A stretch of 64,000 nucleotides of DNA from a virus: positions 4,421 to 68,420 of the IMG/VR virus record IMGVR_UViG_3300027805_000012; one strand, written 5' to 3'. A program made the position numbers and the translations under genes. The notes beneath the pieces were generated by a model. That model worked only from the letters and a program-made list of their open reading frames with translations. It was not told where the DNA came from and did no database searches. Each line of letters begins with the position of its first letter. Position 1 is the stretch's first letter. Shown here piece after piece: positions 19,707-29,198 of this stretch.

Positions 19707-20798
19707 ATGATGACTTCAGCGTTCGTAGAAGGAGTAGTTGTTGATACATCTGATCCGCAACAGATGGGCAGATTCAAGGTATGGTGCCCATCAATTGATG
19801 GTGACGCGTACAAGATCGAGGACCTTCCTTGGGTAGTCTACACATCTCCACTGGCTGGTCAAATTCGTGATTTTCCAGCTGGTGTCAATGCTGTTCCAAC
19901 CAATGGACCAACCGCCTACGGTATTTGGGCCATACCTAAAGTTGGTGCCACAGTTATAGTTGGATTCTTGTATAACAACTACAATCTTAGATTTTACGTT
20001 GCATCGACATATCCAGAACATGGAAACAGAACTTTGCCGGCTGGCAGAAATTCTGAAAATGGACCAGTTTCTGATGTGCTTGAGCCAATACAGCCGTCAA
20101 AGCAGAACTTAACCGCGCAGTTCAACGGTAAGATAACTCAGTCTGAGGCGATGACCCGTGGAGTGTACGAGAGACAGGTTGCACAGGCAAAAACCGTTAA
20201 AGATGGTCAGGAGGGCTACCAGAATGATTTAGTGGGAGATGGACTTGATGCGCAGACGTACTGCATCGTAACACCGGGACATCACGCGATTATCATGCAG
20301 GATAATCCCGTGACGTCAAGAGTGCGAATTAAAACCGCAGAGGGCTCTCAGGTTTTGATCGATGACGCTAATGAGCGTATCTATGTCAGCACCGCGAAGG
20401 GGAAAACCTGGATAGAGCTTGACCAAGATGGACACATTCACGTCTATGGCTCTGAAAGCATAAGCGTTACCACAGGTGCAGATTTTAACGTAACCGCTAA
20501 GGGTGACATAAACCTTCACGCTGGCGGCAATCTAAATCTGGCCGCAGCCGGGCATGGACGTTTGTCGGCATGCAAGGATGTATCTCTATCTGCTGACGGG
20601 CCCCTAAATATAGATGCAGGTGCCCAGCTAAACCTGTTAGCGGCTGGCGCAATACTGCAGACTGGTAGTGAAATACACCTTAATGGACCAAATGCGGCCG
20701 AAGCTCCCTGCGCTGACAGACCAGAAATTGTTCCTGATCATGAACCATGGAAAAGACCCACATCTAAGTCAAAACGCAACAAGAACTGGAAACCTTGA
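19707..20798 (+). CDS. Central baseplate spike (gp5/VgrG-like, no lysozyme domain evident)
   Basis: 'GVVVDTSDPQQMGRFKVWCP' OB-fold, 'IPKVGATVIVGF', beta-helix repeats ending 'IHLNGP'. Confidence 0.85.
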   Translation: MMTSAFVEGVVVDTSDPQQMGRFKVWCPSIDGDAYKIEDLPWVVYTSPLAGQIRDFPAGVNAVPTNGPTAYGIWAIPKVGATVIVGFLYNNYNLRFYVASTYPEHGNRTLPAGRNSENGPVSDVLEPIQPSKQNLTAQFNGKITQSEAMTRGVYERQVAQAKTVKDGQEGYQNDLVGDGLDAQTYCIVTPGHHAIIMQDNPVTSRVRIKTAEGSQVLIDDANERIYVSTAKGKTWIELDQDGHIHVYGSESISVTTGADFNVTAKGDINLHAGGNLNLAAAGHGRLSACKDVSLSADGPLNIDAGAQLNLLAAGAILQTGSEIHLNGPNAAEAPCADRPEIVPDHEPWKRPTSKSKRNKNWKP

Positions 20799-21640
20799 TG
20801 AAGCTACTAGAGATAAAAAAGAAGTCAGTTGCTGACTTGAACATCAAGTACACAGGCGGTGACTTTGTCTGCAGTAACAACCAGCTGACATCCCTTGAAG
20901 GAGCGCCATCCCATGTAGGTGCTCACTTCTTCTGCGACCACAACCAGCTGACATCCCTTGAAGGTGCACCATCCCATGTAGGTGATAACTTTTCCTGCTA
21001 CGACAACAAGCTGACATCCCTTGAAGGAGCGCCATCCCATGTAGGTGGTGACTTTGCCTGCGCCGACAACCAGTTGACCTCCCTCGAAGGAGCACCATCC
21101 CATGTAGGTGGTGGCTTCTTCTGCAACTACAACCAGCTGACATCCCTTGAAGGTGCCCCATCCCATGTAGGTGGTAACTTCAGCTGCAACCACAACCAGC
21201 TGACATCCCTTAAAGGAGCACCATCCCATGTAGGTGGCAGCTTCTTCTGCTACAGCAACAAGCTGACATCCCTTGAAGGAGCACCATCCCATGTAGGTGG
21301 TGACTTCTACTGCGACGACAACAAGCTGACATCCCTTGAAGGTGCACCATCCCACGTAGGTGGCGGCTTCTACTGCGACGACAACCAGTTGACCTCCCTC
21401 AAGAACATCCACAAGATCATCAAGGAGATAAATGGTGTATTTTACTGTCACGGCAACCCAATCAAAGAAGGTCTGCTGTACATCCTGCTTATAAAGGGGG
21501 TTACAGCAGTAAGAACTACTTGCCCAAAAGCAGACATGATAATCAACGAGTACCTTAAGACGAATCCATCTGGCTCAATCCGTGCTGCATTAGATGTGCA
21601 GCAGCTGTTATCAGATGCGGATGAGGAGTATCCAAGATGA
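20798..21640 (+). CDS. Leucine-rich-repeat protein, 9 x 22-aa repeats
   Basis: Repeat consensus GGxFxCxxNQLTSLEGAPSHV. Confidence 0.9.
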   Translation: MKLLEIKKKSVADLNIKYTGGDFVCSNNQLTSLEGAPSHVGAHFFCDHNQLTSLEGAPSHVGDNFSCYDNKLTSLEGAPSHVGGDFACADNQLTSLEGAPSHVGGGFFCNYNQLTSLEGAPSHVGGNFSCNHNQLTSLKGAPSHVGGSFFCYSNKLTSLEGAPSHVGGDFYCDDNKLTSLEGAPSHVGGGFYCDDNQLTSLKNIHKIIKEINGVFYCHGNPIKEGLLYILLIKGVTAVRTTCPKADMIINEYLKTNPSGSIRAALDVQQLLSDADEEYPR

Positions 21641-22117
21641 AGCTACTAGAGATAACCCAGAGATCAGTTGCTGACCTGAAGATCAAGTACACAGGCGGTA
21701 ACTTCGACTGCAGCGACAACCAGTTGACATCCCTTGAAGGTGCCCCATCCCATGTAGGTGGTGGCTTCTACTGCAACCACAACAAGCTGACATCCCTTGA
21801 AGGGGCACCATCCCATGTAGGCGGTGACTTCTACTGCAATAACAACAAGCTGACATCTCTTGAAGGAGCGCCATCCCGTGTAGGTGGTGACTTCTTCTGC
21901 AGTAGCAACCAGTTGACATCCCTCGAAGGTACCCCATCCCATGTAGGTGGTAGCTTCTTCTGCAACTACAACCAGCTGACATCTCTTGAAGGAGCACCAT
22001 CCCATGTAGGTGGTAGCTTCTTCTGCTACAACAACCAGCTGACATCACTTGAAGGAGCACCATCCCGTGCAGGTGGTGGCTTCTACTGCAACAACAACCA
22101 GCTGACATCCCTCAAGA
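20858..22117 (+). repeat. Two arrays of 66-bp coding tandem repeats
   Basis: Unit ~ aaccagctgacatcccttgaaggagcaccatcccatgtaggtggtNNCttcNNCtgcNNCNNC. Confidence 0.95.
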
Positions 22118-22353
22118 ACATCCACAAGATCATCAAGGAGATAAATGGTAGATTTTACTGTTACGGCAACCCAATCAAAGAGGGGCTGCTGTACATCCTG
22201 CTGATCAAGGGAGTGGAAGAAGTAGAGACCCCATACCCAAAAGCAGACAAGATAATCAACGAATACCTTGAAAGCAATCCATCTGGCTCAATTCGCGCAG
22301 CTTTAGATGTACAGCAGTTGCTCTCAGACGCGGATGTGGAGTATCCAAGATGA
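21637..22353 (+). CDS. Leucine-rich-repeat protein paralogue, 7 x 22-aa repeats
   Basis: Same repeat and near-identical C-terminal cap; ATGA-coupled. Confidence 0.9.
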   Translation: MKLLEITQRSVADLKIKYTGGNFDCSDNQLTSLEGAPSHVGGGFYCNHNKLTSLEGAPSHVGGDFYCNNNKLTSLEGAPSRVGGDFFCSSNQLTSLEGTPSHVGGSFFCNYNQLTSLEGAPSHVGGSFFCYNNQLTSLEGAPSRAGGGFYCNNNQLTSLKNIHKIIKEINGRFYCYGNPIKEGLLYILLIKGVEEVETPYPKADKIINEYLESNPSGSIRAALDVQQLLSDADVEYPR

Positions 22354-22382
22354 TATTTAAGCTTACTAATATGGTAATGACT

Positions 22383-23345
22383 ATGTCCAATAAGCCCGTC
22401 AATGTTTTTGAAGAACAGGAACCTTTTGTGATATCAATCATCAAAAAGCTTCTTAAAAGCGGAGCAATTGTTCAGTATGTTTCTCCTGACGGTACAGCGC
22501 GCTCATTCAACCACATTCGTAGAATAACGGGCCCGTCAGGTGAAATTAAAAAGTTCATGTTCATCAACTACCCTCAAGGGCTAGGATTTAACAGCACTGT
22601 TGCCGGTGAAAAAATACTAGGCAATCTAAACAGACTAAAAGTAAAGAAGCAATCTTTGAAGGCACTAGATGGTAGGGACGTATGGCATCTATTTGACGCA
22701 GCACACATTAAAGAAGAAATGGTGAATGAGATGTTTAACGATGGCGGAGAATTTTTTGTTAAAACGGCAGCAAAACTTGCAGAAGCCGGTAAGCTTTGGT
22801 ACGTGGATGAAAATGGCAAAGAAGCAAAGATTGTAAGTGCTGAAAAGAAAGAAGATAAACTAGGTTTGGCTTTACGTGACGGCAAGAAACTATTTTACTT
22901 GCATATGAAAATGTTACCAAGTTTAGGTAAACCACTTGCCTCGGCAAAGATTATCAAAATGAGCCTGTTAGATGAGTTCTACACGATAAAAAAGGATGAA
23001 TCATCTGGACAAAAGAGGTTCCTCTTGGTTAAGAAAGATCTTATCAGGGCTGATGACTTAAAAGAAAGTAAGCACGTGGAGATGCCGTTTTTAGTTTCTA
23101 TGTTGATGAAGCTTGTGCGGGCCCATTTTAATCAAGGTACTGCTAAAGTTGTTCTTAGAGACAATGAGTATGGCATCAGAGATAAGTTTATTCGTGGGGC
23201 GGCTTGGAGATTTGGTAACCTTGAAGTTAGCTATGATGATGACAATCATCTAGGACAGATAATTTATCCGATTGAGATAATTGAAAATGGGATAAAGCTC
23301 TGGAAGAACAAAGAAGAGGACTATTGGGTTCTTGAGTATCTGTGA
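22383..23345 (+). CDS. Hypothetical protein with internal repeated module
   Basis: Long ORF; start uncertain (22371, 22377 or 22383). Confidence 0.7.
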   Translation: MSNKPVNVFEEQEPFVISIIKKLLKSGAIVQYVSPDGTARSFNHIRRITGPSGEIKKFMFINYPQGLGFNSTVAGEKILGNLNRLKVKKQSLKALDGRDVWHLFDAAHIKEEMVNEMFNDGGEFFVKTAAKLAEAGKLWYVDENGKEAKIVSAEKKEDKLGLALRDGKKLFYLHMKMLPSLGKPLASAKIIKMSLLDEFYTIKKDESSGQKRFLLVKKDLIRADDLKESKHVEMPFLVSMLMKLVRAHFNQGTAKVVLRDNEYGIRDKFIRGAAWRFGNLEVSYDDDNHLGQIIYPIEIIENGIKLWKNKEEDYWVLEYL

Positions 23346-23370
23346 AAGGCTGAGTAAACTAGGATTTGAT

Positions 23371-23715
23371 ATGTTGCTCTATGAAATTTCAGGTTTTAAT
23401 CTTCTGCCAAGTATGCTTAAAAAGCTGCTTTTAAAGAAACAATTGATCTTTGTTTCTATTGAAGATGAAAAAACGACGATAGACGGTAAGACGGTTGATC
23501 TGTTTCAAGATGGTAACCCATGGTCATCGGTGTACGTTAATGGGAAATTGATTGGAATCTCTGAACTACCGGATGCGGTAATTCTTCACGTTGAAGTGAA
23601 TCAACAACATAGAACATCGGAACAGGAGCATCTGTTGCATAGAGCTGCCTTCTCAGAGCTAGTAGAACTAAAAAAGACACAGCATGAAGGTGTTTGGGCG
23701 CTTTCAAACAAATAG
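23371..23715 (+). CDS. Hypothetical protein
   Basis: MLLYEISG...; shares a module with the upstream gene. Confidence 0.65.
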   Translation: MLLYEISGFNLLPSMLKKLLLKKQLIFVSIEDEKTTIDGKTVDLFQDGNPWSSVYVNGKLIGISELPDAVILHVEVNQQHRTSEQEHLLHRAAFSELVELKKTQHEGVWALSNK

Positions 23716-23777
23716 CTCTAAAGCAAAACAACCTGCATAAAGAAATATGCACTTAGTAGAAGTGTTTAAAATACATC

Positions 23778-24044
23778 ATGAGTATTTTTTCTACCCCACT
23801 TAGTCCAGGAAAAATTGACCACGATCCTCATGGTCCTGACGTTCAAGTCCACGATGATGGTGACGAAGTGTTCATTACATTCAGCGATCAATTTATTAGC
23901 AAATCAGGTTGGCGTGAAGATGATGAAATCGTCTGGGAACTTCTACCTAATGGAGAGGTAAAAATCTCAAATCCCAAAGCTGACATTCGAAAAACAGTTA
24001 GGGAAAAAGTTGATCAACTTCTTTCTGGAGGAGCTGAGCTGTGA
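23778..24044 (+). CDS. AbrB/MazE-like swapped-hairpin protein
   Basis: 'VFITFSDQFISKSGWREDDEIVWE...GEVKIS'. Confidence 0.5.
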   Translation: MSIFSTPLSPGKIDHDPHGPDVQVHDDGDEVFITFSDQFISKSGWREDDEIVWELLPNGEVKISNPKADIRKTVREKVDQLLSGGAEL

Positions 24045-24670
24045 AGCTTGTATTTCTAGATATCGACGGCGTTGTAAACAGTTCAAGGTCTGTTATTGCT
24101 AAGATCGGCCCAACGATTGAGACATCTGAAAAGGTACGAGATCTCGCGCGGCTTGATTGGGATGACTTCCACAATGGGTTGTCACCTGATCAGCAGTCGA
24201 GTAATGAAGAGGGGCTTGATTATGGGGTACGATTTGGGCTGCAAACCGTCGATCCCGTGTGCGTCGCCCTCATCAACAAGCTGTTCGAGCAGAAGGACGT
24301 CGGTCTGGTGTTGAGCTCATCACACCGCAAGTTCCTGTACAGCAACAAGGTTCCATACGGTAGCGATGAGCACCTGCACCGGCTGCGCATGTACCTTGAC
24401 GCGATGGGATTCCACGTGCCAAAGTTGTTCAGCGTCACTCCTGTTAGGCACTCCAAGCGCGGGGATGAGATCGACGAGTGGCTCAACATGGCCTGGGAGA
24501 ATGGTATCATTGATGACGAACATCCATATGTCATCCTTGACGATGCCGCTGATATGCTTCCTGGGCAGCCGCTTGTGCGCACTGATCCAGACCATGGCTT
24601 TAGCTTCTATGACTACGTTGAGGCCTGCAGACACCTCGGACTAAAGGAGCCTGGACTTGTCCTCCTCTAA
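24041..24670 (+). CDS. HAD-family phosphatase (Swiss-army-knife RNA-repair HAD type)
   Basis: 'VFLDIDGVVN', 'LVLSSSHR', 'RGDEIDEWL', 'YVILDD'. Confidence 0.85.
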   Translation: MKLVFLDIDGVVNSSRSVIAKIGPTIETSEKVRDLARLDWDDFHNGLSPDQQSSNEEGLDYGVRFGLQTVDPVCVALINKLFEQKDVGLVLSSSHRKFLYSNKVPYGSDEHLHRLRMYLDAMGFHVPKLFSVTPVRHSKRGDEIDEWLNMAWENGIIDDEHPYVILDDAADMLPGQPLVRTDPDHGFSFYDYVEACRHLGLKEPGLVLL

Positions 24671-24908
24671 GAAACAAAAACCGAAGCAACCCACCATGCA
24701 CGAGAAGATCGAGGTGTACGAGCGGTTGCTACATGACTTGCACTTTCATAGTTCGGTGACTATGCGCCATGATGCGGTGATGGACTGCTTAAACCGAATA
24801 AGTGCGTGGAGCTACGCACATCGCCGAGGGAATGGCGTGTACTCAGAAAAAGAACAACAGCAAATAGTAAATGCCGCTTTTTGGAACCTAAACAAACCAC
24901 CTGTATGA
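24657..24908 (+). CDS. Hypothetical protein
   Basis: Coupled ORF; start uncertain (ATG at 24696 possible). Confidence 0.55.
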   Translation: MSSSKKQKPKQPTMHEKIEVYERLLHDLHFHSSVTMRHDAVMDCLNRISAWSYAHRRGNGVYSEKEQQQIVNAAFWNLNKPPV

Positions 24909-25225
24909 TCGCGCGAAATGACATTACTGGGGATGCCATCAAAACAGGAGAGTCTTCTGACGCATATAGGTCTGGTTGGGATCTCATCTTTGGCCGAAAA
25001 GGAGATGGTCCAAATGAAGCTAAGGTTGAGCCAGCTCCTGAACAACCCAACCTAAACGCTGTAGTTAGCTGTTCACCCCCAGATGAAGAGAAGATTAAAC
25101 AGGACTCTCTAAGACAAGAATGGTGGAAGTACTGTCAAGAAAATCAATCATCGTTCGTTGAGCCTAATCCAAGCGGTAATCTTGTGCCGTACTTTGAAGA
25201 ATGGCGCCAATCTACTGGGCAGTAA
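24905..25225 (+). CDS. Hypothetical protein
   Basis: MIARNDITGDAIKT, a common phage N-terminus. Confidence 0.6.
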   Translation: MIARNDITGDAIKTGESSDAYRSGWDLIFGRKGDGPNEAKVEPAPEQPNLNAVVSCSPPDEEKIKQDSLRQEWWKYCQENQSSFVEPNPSGNLVPYFEEWRQSTGQ

Positions 25226-25959
25226 CCGCGCTTTTTCTGTGCTGTCAAACAGCACTTGCGGTTACAGCTAAATCGTATATCGCTACAGATATGAATGGGC
25301 AGGTGCTGATAGAGAAAAATTCAAACGAAGTTAGATCTATAGCAAGCATAACTAAGCTGTTCATAGCAGAAAAGGCATCAAATCTTGACCAAGATGAGCT
25401 TATTGAAGTCACTAAGGAAGATGTTATCAAAGGCAGAATGCGGTCAACTCCCCTTAGAGCAGGAAAATCATACACCCGGCGCCACCTTACCGAACTCGCT
25501 CTCGTGTCTTCAGACAACGTGGCGGCCCTCGCTCTTGGTCGTTACCTTACATCAGTACAAACAGACAAAGCGCAGCTGGTAGAAGCAAGTGGTCTAAGCC
25601 CAAGCAACCAAGCATCAGCTGCACAGGTTGCCGCCGCAGCAAGAGAGCTTTACTCTACGCAGGTAGCAGAGATATCAGCGATGTCAAGAGCAACCGTAGG
25701 TGAAAGAAGAAGTACCAACCCTCTGCTGCATCGAGAAGGTTGGGTTTTTCTACTGTCTAAAACTGGGTTCATTAACCAATCTGGTGGGTGTTTGGTTGTT
25801 ATAGTAGAAGTCAAGGGTCAACCAGTAACAATTGCAATTCTAGGTTCTGCAGACACGCGGGAAAGATGGAGAGACCTAGCAAAAATTAGGCAGCTCCTAG
25901 GTGATGATGGTTTCTACGTCCCAGTAAGTGTAACGAGTGTAAAAAAGAAACGAAAGTAA
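25201..25959 (+). CDS. Serine D-Ala-D-Ala peptidase (S11, PBP7/PbpG-like) with signal peptide
   Basis: SxxK 'ASITKL', SxN 'SSDN', KTG 'SKTGF'; hydrophobic N-terminus. Confidence 0.88.
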   Translation: MAPIYWAVTALFLCCQTALAVTAKSYIATDMNGQVLIEKNSNEVRSIASITKLFIAEKASNLDQDELIEVTKEDVIKGRMRSTPLRAGKSYTRRHLTELALVSSDNVAALALGRYLTSVQTDKAQLVEASGLSPSNQASAAQVAAAARELYSTQVAEISAMSRATVGERRSTNPLLHREGWVFLLSKTGFINQSGGCLVVIVEVKGQPVTIAILGSADTRERWRDLAKIRQLLGDDGFYVPVSVTSVKKKRK

Positions 25960-26101
25960 TCCTACTTTCCTTGCAGAAAGTTTACTTTCTTTCAGTTTCA
26001 TGATATAATTTAACCCATCAAACCCTCTGTAGTACAATGGAAAGTATGTGGGTTTCCTAAACCTGAGACGTGGGTTCAACTCCTGCCAGAGGGACCAAAG
26101 A

Positions 26102-26563
26102 ATGATGAAGAACCTGACTGTTGAAGAACTAGACGAAATGAACAGGTCTCAGATCCTTGAGCATCTGTTGCGCCTTTCGCCTGAAGATCGCCGGCTTCGC
26201 TTCTGTATAACGACATCTGATGACTTCATCAGGGCGTACGCGCAAAAGATCATGTCTATTGACAGCGACCTGTGCTTTGGGGCTTTCGCTGACGGTAAAC
26301 TGGTAGGCCTAGCTAACATCGCGGCGATTGACGGTAAGTGCTGTGAGTTAGCATTTTCGATTGACAGCGAGTATCGAGGATCAGGTCTTGCGCGTAACCT
26401 GATGAAATCCGCAATCGCGAAGTGCAGGGAACTGGGGGTCTCAAAGCTGTGCATGTCATGTCTGCGTGAGAATAAGAAGATGCAGGCACTAGCTACTTCA
26501 TTTGGTCTCAACATGACAATCACCTACGACGAGGCATATGCCGAGCTTGGAATAACGAGGTAA
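26102..26563 (+). CDS. GNAT acetyltransferase
   Basis: 'HLLRLSPEDRRLRF', 'ELAFSIDSEYRGSGLARNLM', 'ENKKMQALA'. Confidence 0.88.
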   Translation: MMKNLTVEELDEMNRSQILEHLLRLSPEDRRLRFCITTSDDFIRAYAQKIMSIDSDLCFGAFADGKLVGLANIAAIDGKCCELAFSIDSEYRGSGLARNLMKSAIAKCRELGVSKLCMSCLRENKKMQALATSFGLNMTITYDEAYAELGITR

Positions 26564-26566
26564 GTC

Positions 26567-27058
26567 ATGGCATGGCAGGACAAGTCAGTTGAAGCCGATA
26601 CACGCATCTATATGTGGGAAATCTTGGTGCCTACTGAGAAGCGGGTCAAGTCGAAACCGCCCGATCCACGCACTGCTCCGGGCGACTATCATCGATGGCA
26701 GAAACGACATGCGTATACGACTCGGTACCATCGAGTGTGGGACCAGAAGGTGCGTGCCATCACCGGAGGTCTGACAATTCTACAACCTGCCAAGGGCCAG
26801 TGGGTTAGCCCAGCTGGTGAGCTGCACCAGGAGCGCATGATCCCAGTGAGGATCGCTGCCACTCGCGCGCAGATTGACAGGATCATCGACACGACCATCG
26901 CCTACTACGACCAACTGGCGGTGCTGTGCTACAAGGTAAGCGACGAGGTGATGATCCGCCACGTCTGCGACAAGGGATGTCAGTACGCGAAGGATGTTTC
27001 TATGGCGCCTGGGCACCGGTGCGCCAATGGCTGCATGTACGAGAAGGGACAATCATGA
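26567..27058 (+). CDS. Hypothetical protein
   Basis: 163-aa ORF 'MWEILVPT...ERMIPVRIA'. Confidence 0.65.
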   Translation: MAWQDKSVEADTRIYMWEILVPTEKRVKSKPPDPRTAPGDYHRWQKRHAYTTRYHRVWDQKVRAITGGLTILQPAKGQWVSPAGELHQERMIPVRIAATRAQIDRIIDTTIAYYDQLAVLCYKVSDEVMIRHVCDKGCQYAKDVSMAPGHRCANGCMYEKGQS

Positions 27059-27270
27059 GGCAAGCATTTGACCCTCAAACCAAGGAGCGTAAAATTGTGA
27101 CACACAAAGACGTCATGAGCTACAGCGCGATGATCGCCGGTTTCGGCATCTTTTTGGCCGGCCTGGCGTACGACACCAGGATGTACGGTACAGCCACAGG
27201 CATCGGCATCATCGCCGGCGGAGCTGTGGTATGCGGCCTACTTGCTTATCTCCGCAGCACGAAAGGCTGA
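27055..27270 (+). CDS. Small membrane protein
   Basis: Two hydrophobic segments; ATGA-coupled. Confidence 0.6.
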   Translation: MRQAFDPQTKERKIVTHKDVMSYSAMIAGFGIFLAGLAYDTRMYGTATGIGIIAGGAVVCGLLAYLRSTKG

Positions 27271-27273
27271 ATC

Positions 27274-27513
27274 ATGAAGCGCGACAACGGTCAAGGCATG
27301 TTCACGATGGACTTCATCAACGAGATCGCCGCGATGCGAGACCTGGCAGCCGCCAAGGCGAAGGTCGCCGCTCGCGGCGATGTGTCGGGCGCCACCGACG
27401 AGAACAAGCAGAAGGCGATGCGGATGGTCCACAACGCTCGTACCTGCAACAACCTGATCTTCGGGATGGCCAACTTCAGCCTGAGCCACCAAGGCCTTGG
27501 TGTAGCAAAATAA
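27274..27513 (+). CDS. Hypothetical protein
   Basis: 79-aa ORF with strong C3 codon bias. Confidence 0.6.
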   Translation: MKRDNGQGMFTMDFINEIAAMRDLAAAKAKVAARGDVSGATDENKQKAMRMVHNARTCNNLIFGMANFSLSHQGLGVAK

Positions 27514-27571
27514 ATAGTTCTCGGATCTTCGTCAAAACTGAGTTTATGTTACTTCACTGGGAGATTTAGCC

Positions 27572-28249
27572 ATGATGACTTCTATCTCACTTCAATCAAC
27601 TGCTGAAACCAATCGAGTTCTTCGAAACACCTTCGGTCTTGTTGCTCTGTCAATCCTTCCAACAGTGATCGGTTCATGGGTTGGAATGGCAGTTGGTCTT
27701 CCCGCGGTGATGGCAGCATCACCTCTTATCACATCGCTAGTATTTCTAGCGGTGATGTTTGGGGTGCTCTTTGGTATCAATGCTCTTCGAAACTCGGCGG
27801 CCGCCGTCCCTGCAATGCTAGGCTTTACGTTGCTAATGGGAATGTGGATGAGTGGACTTCTAAGCGTCGCTCTTGGAAGAGAGGGAGGTTTTGAGCTGAT
27901 CGCTATGGCTGGTTTGGGAACTGCAGCGGTTGTTGCAGGGTGCTCGATGTACGCGATGAACCCGAAGAGGGACTTCACCAAGATGGGTGGATTCCTTTTT
28001 GGATCAGTCATCGCGCTTGTTGTGGTAAGCTTGGCAAATATCTTCTTCCAGATGCCACTTATCTCTATCATCATCTCAGCTGTTGCTGTTGTGGTATTCA
28101 GTCTGTTCATGATCTTTGACGTGCAGCGGGTTGTCCAGGGCGGAGAGACCAACTACGTGCTAGCAGCAGTTTCTATCTACCTCAACATCTACAACATCTT
28201 TACCTCGATTCTTCATCTGCTGCTTGCATTTACGTCTAGTGACGATTAA
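27572..28249 (+). CDS. Bax inhibitor-1/YccA family membrane protein
   Basis: About 7 TM segments; 'NRVLRNT', 'RDFTKMGGFLF', 'GGETNYVLAAVSIYLNIYNIF..ILHLL'. Confidence 0.93.
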   Translation: MMTSISLQSTAETNRVLRNTFGLVALSILPTVIGSWVGMAVGLPAVMAASPLITSLVFLAVMFGVLFGINALRNSAAAVPAMLGFTLLMGMWMSGLLSVALGREGGFELIAMAGLGTAAVVAGCSMYAMNPKRDFTKMGGFLFGSVIALVVVSLANIFFQMPLISIIISAVAVVVFSLFMIFDVQRVVQGGETNYVLAAVSIYLNIYNIFTSILHLLLAFTSSDD

Positions 28250-28251
28250 AC

Positions 28252-29193
28252 ATGTTTTCTCCTTTAAAGACATTTCTGCCAAACCATGAAGGACGCGATT
28301 TTGTAATCGGTGACCTGCACGGCTGCTATTCTCTGTTTGGGCAGCTGCTGGCATTCCTAAAATTTGACCCGCAAAAAGACAGGATGTTCAGCGTTGGCGA
28401 TCTTGTTGATAGGGGACCCGACAGTCTAAAGTGCCTCGAGCTGCTTTACGAGCCTTGGTTTCACACTGTTCTTAGTAATCACGAACAGATGATGCTTGAG
28501 GCTTTTCGTGGTGGGTTCCTAGGCCAGTTTTGGTTCAAAAATGGTGGTTTCTGGGGTGCCGAGGCCTTGAATGACTGGAGAAACCAAAACACTCCTAGTA
28601 AGCGGCCACCATCTGACGACAGCGCGAAAGTTTTTGATCTAGTTGAAAAACTTGCGCAGCTGCCATACCTCATCACCGTGGGGTTAAAAAATGGTGAGAA
28701 GGTGCACATCATTCACGCTGAGCTTCCTGGTGGTCAAAAGATAACTGACGAGGATCTAGCTTCTCACGAGAAGCTGTATGAGCTTGCGACAACTCAATCT
28801 GAAGATGGTGATTTCATCCTTTGGGGTCGTGATCTTTTCTACCAATTCTGCCTAAATGATCTTAGCAACGTAGATAAAGTCAAACGAACAGCAACCTATA
28901 AGCTTGGTAGAGAGTACGGCCACGCTAATATTTTTAGCGGTAAGCTAAGTCATATTATTTCTGGACACACAATTGTCCAGCGCCCCCTGACCCTGCTGGG
29001 CCAAACTAACATTGATACTGGAGCATTTTACACGGCAAGTGAAAAACACCCCAAGTGGTCAGCGCTTACATGTCTAGATTTGAATGAGTGGAAGTTTTAT
29101 CAGTCACGGCCTAATGGGGTTACTTCTGTAGAAGAGCTTCAAGTCTCGTCTGACGATATTAGAAATCTCGCTCCATCTGTACTACCATCCTAA
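28252..29193 (+). CDS. Ser/Thr protein phosphatase-like metallophosphoesterase
   Basis: 'IGDLHGC', 'VGDLVDRGP', 'SNHE', 'SGHT', 'IDTGA'. Confidence 0.9.
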   Translation: MFSPLKTFLPNHEGRDFVIGDLHGCYSLFGQLLAFLKFDPQKDRMFSVGDLVDRGPDSLKCLELLYEPWFHTVLSNHEQMMLEAFRGGFLGQFWFKNGGFWGAEALNDWRNQNTPSKRPPSDDSAKVFDLVEKLAQLPYLITVGLKNGEKVHIIHAELPGGQKITDEDLASHEKLYELATTQSEDGDFILWGRDLFYQFCLNDLSNVDKVKRTATYKLGREYGHANIFSGKLSHIISGHTIVQRPLTLLGQTNIDTGAFYTASEKHPKWSALTCLDLNEWKFYQSRPNGVTSVEELQVSSDDIRNLAPSVLPS

Positions 29194-29198
29194 CAAGT

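Noticed and set aside
20858-22117. CRISPR array
   Set aside because: The 66-bp units are in-frame coding repeats with no unique spacers and no cas genes.
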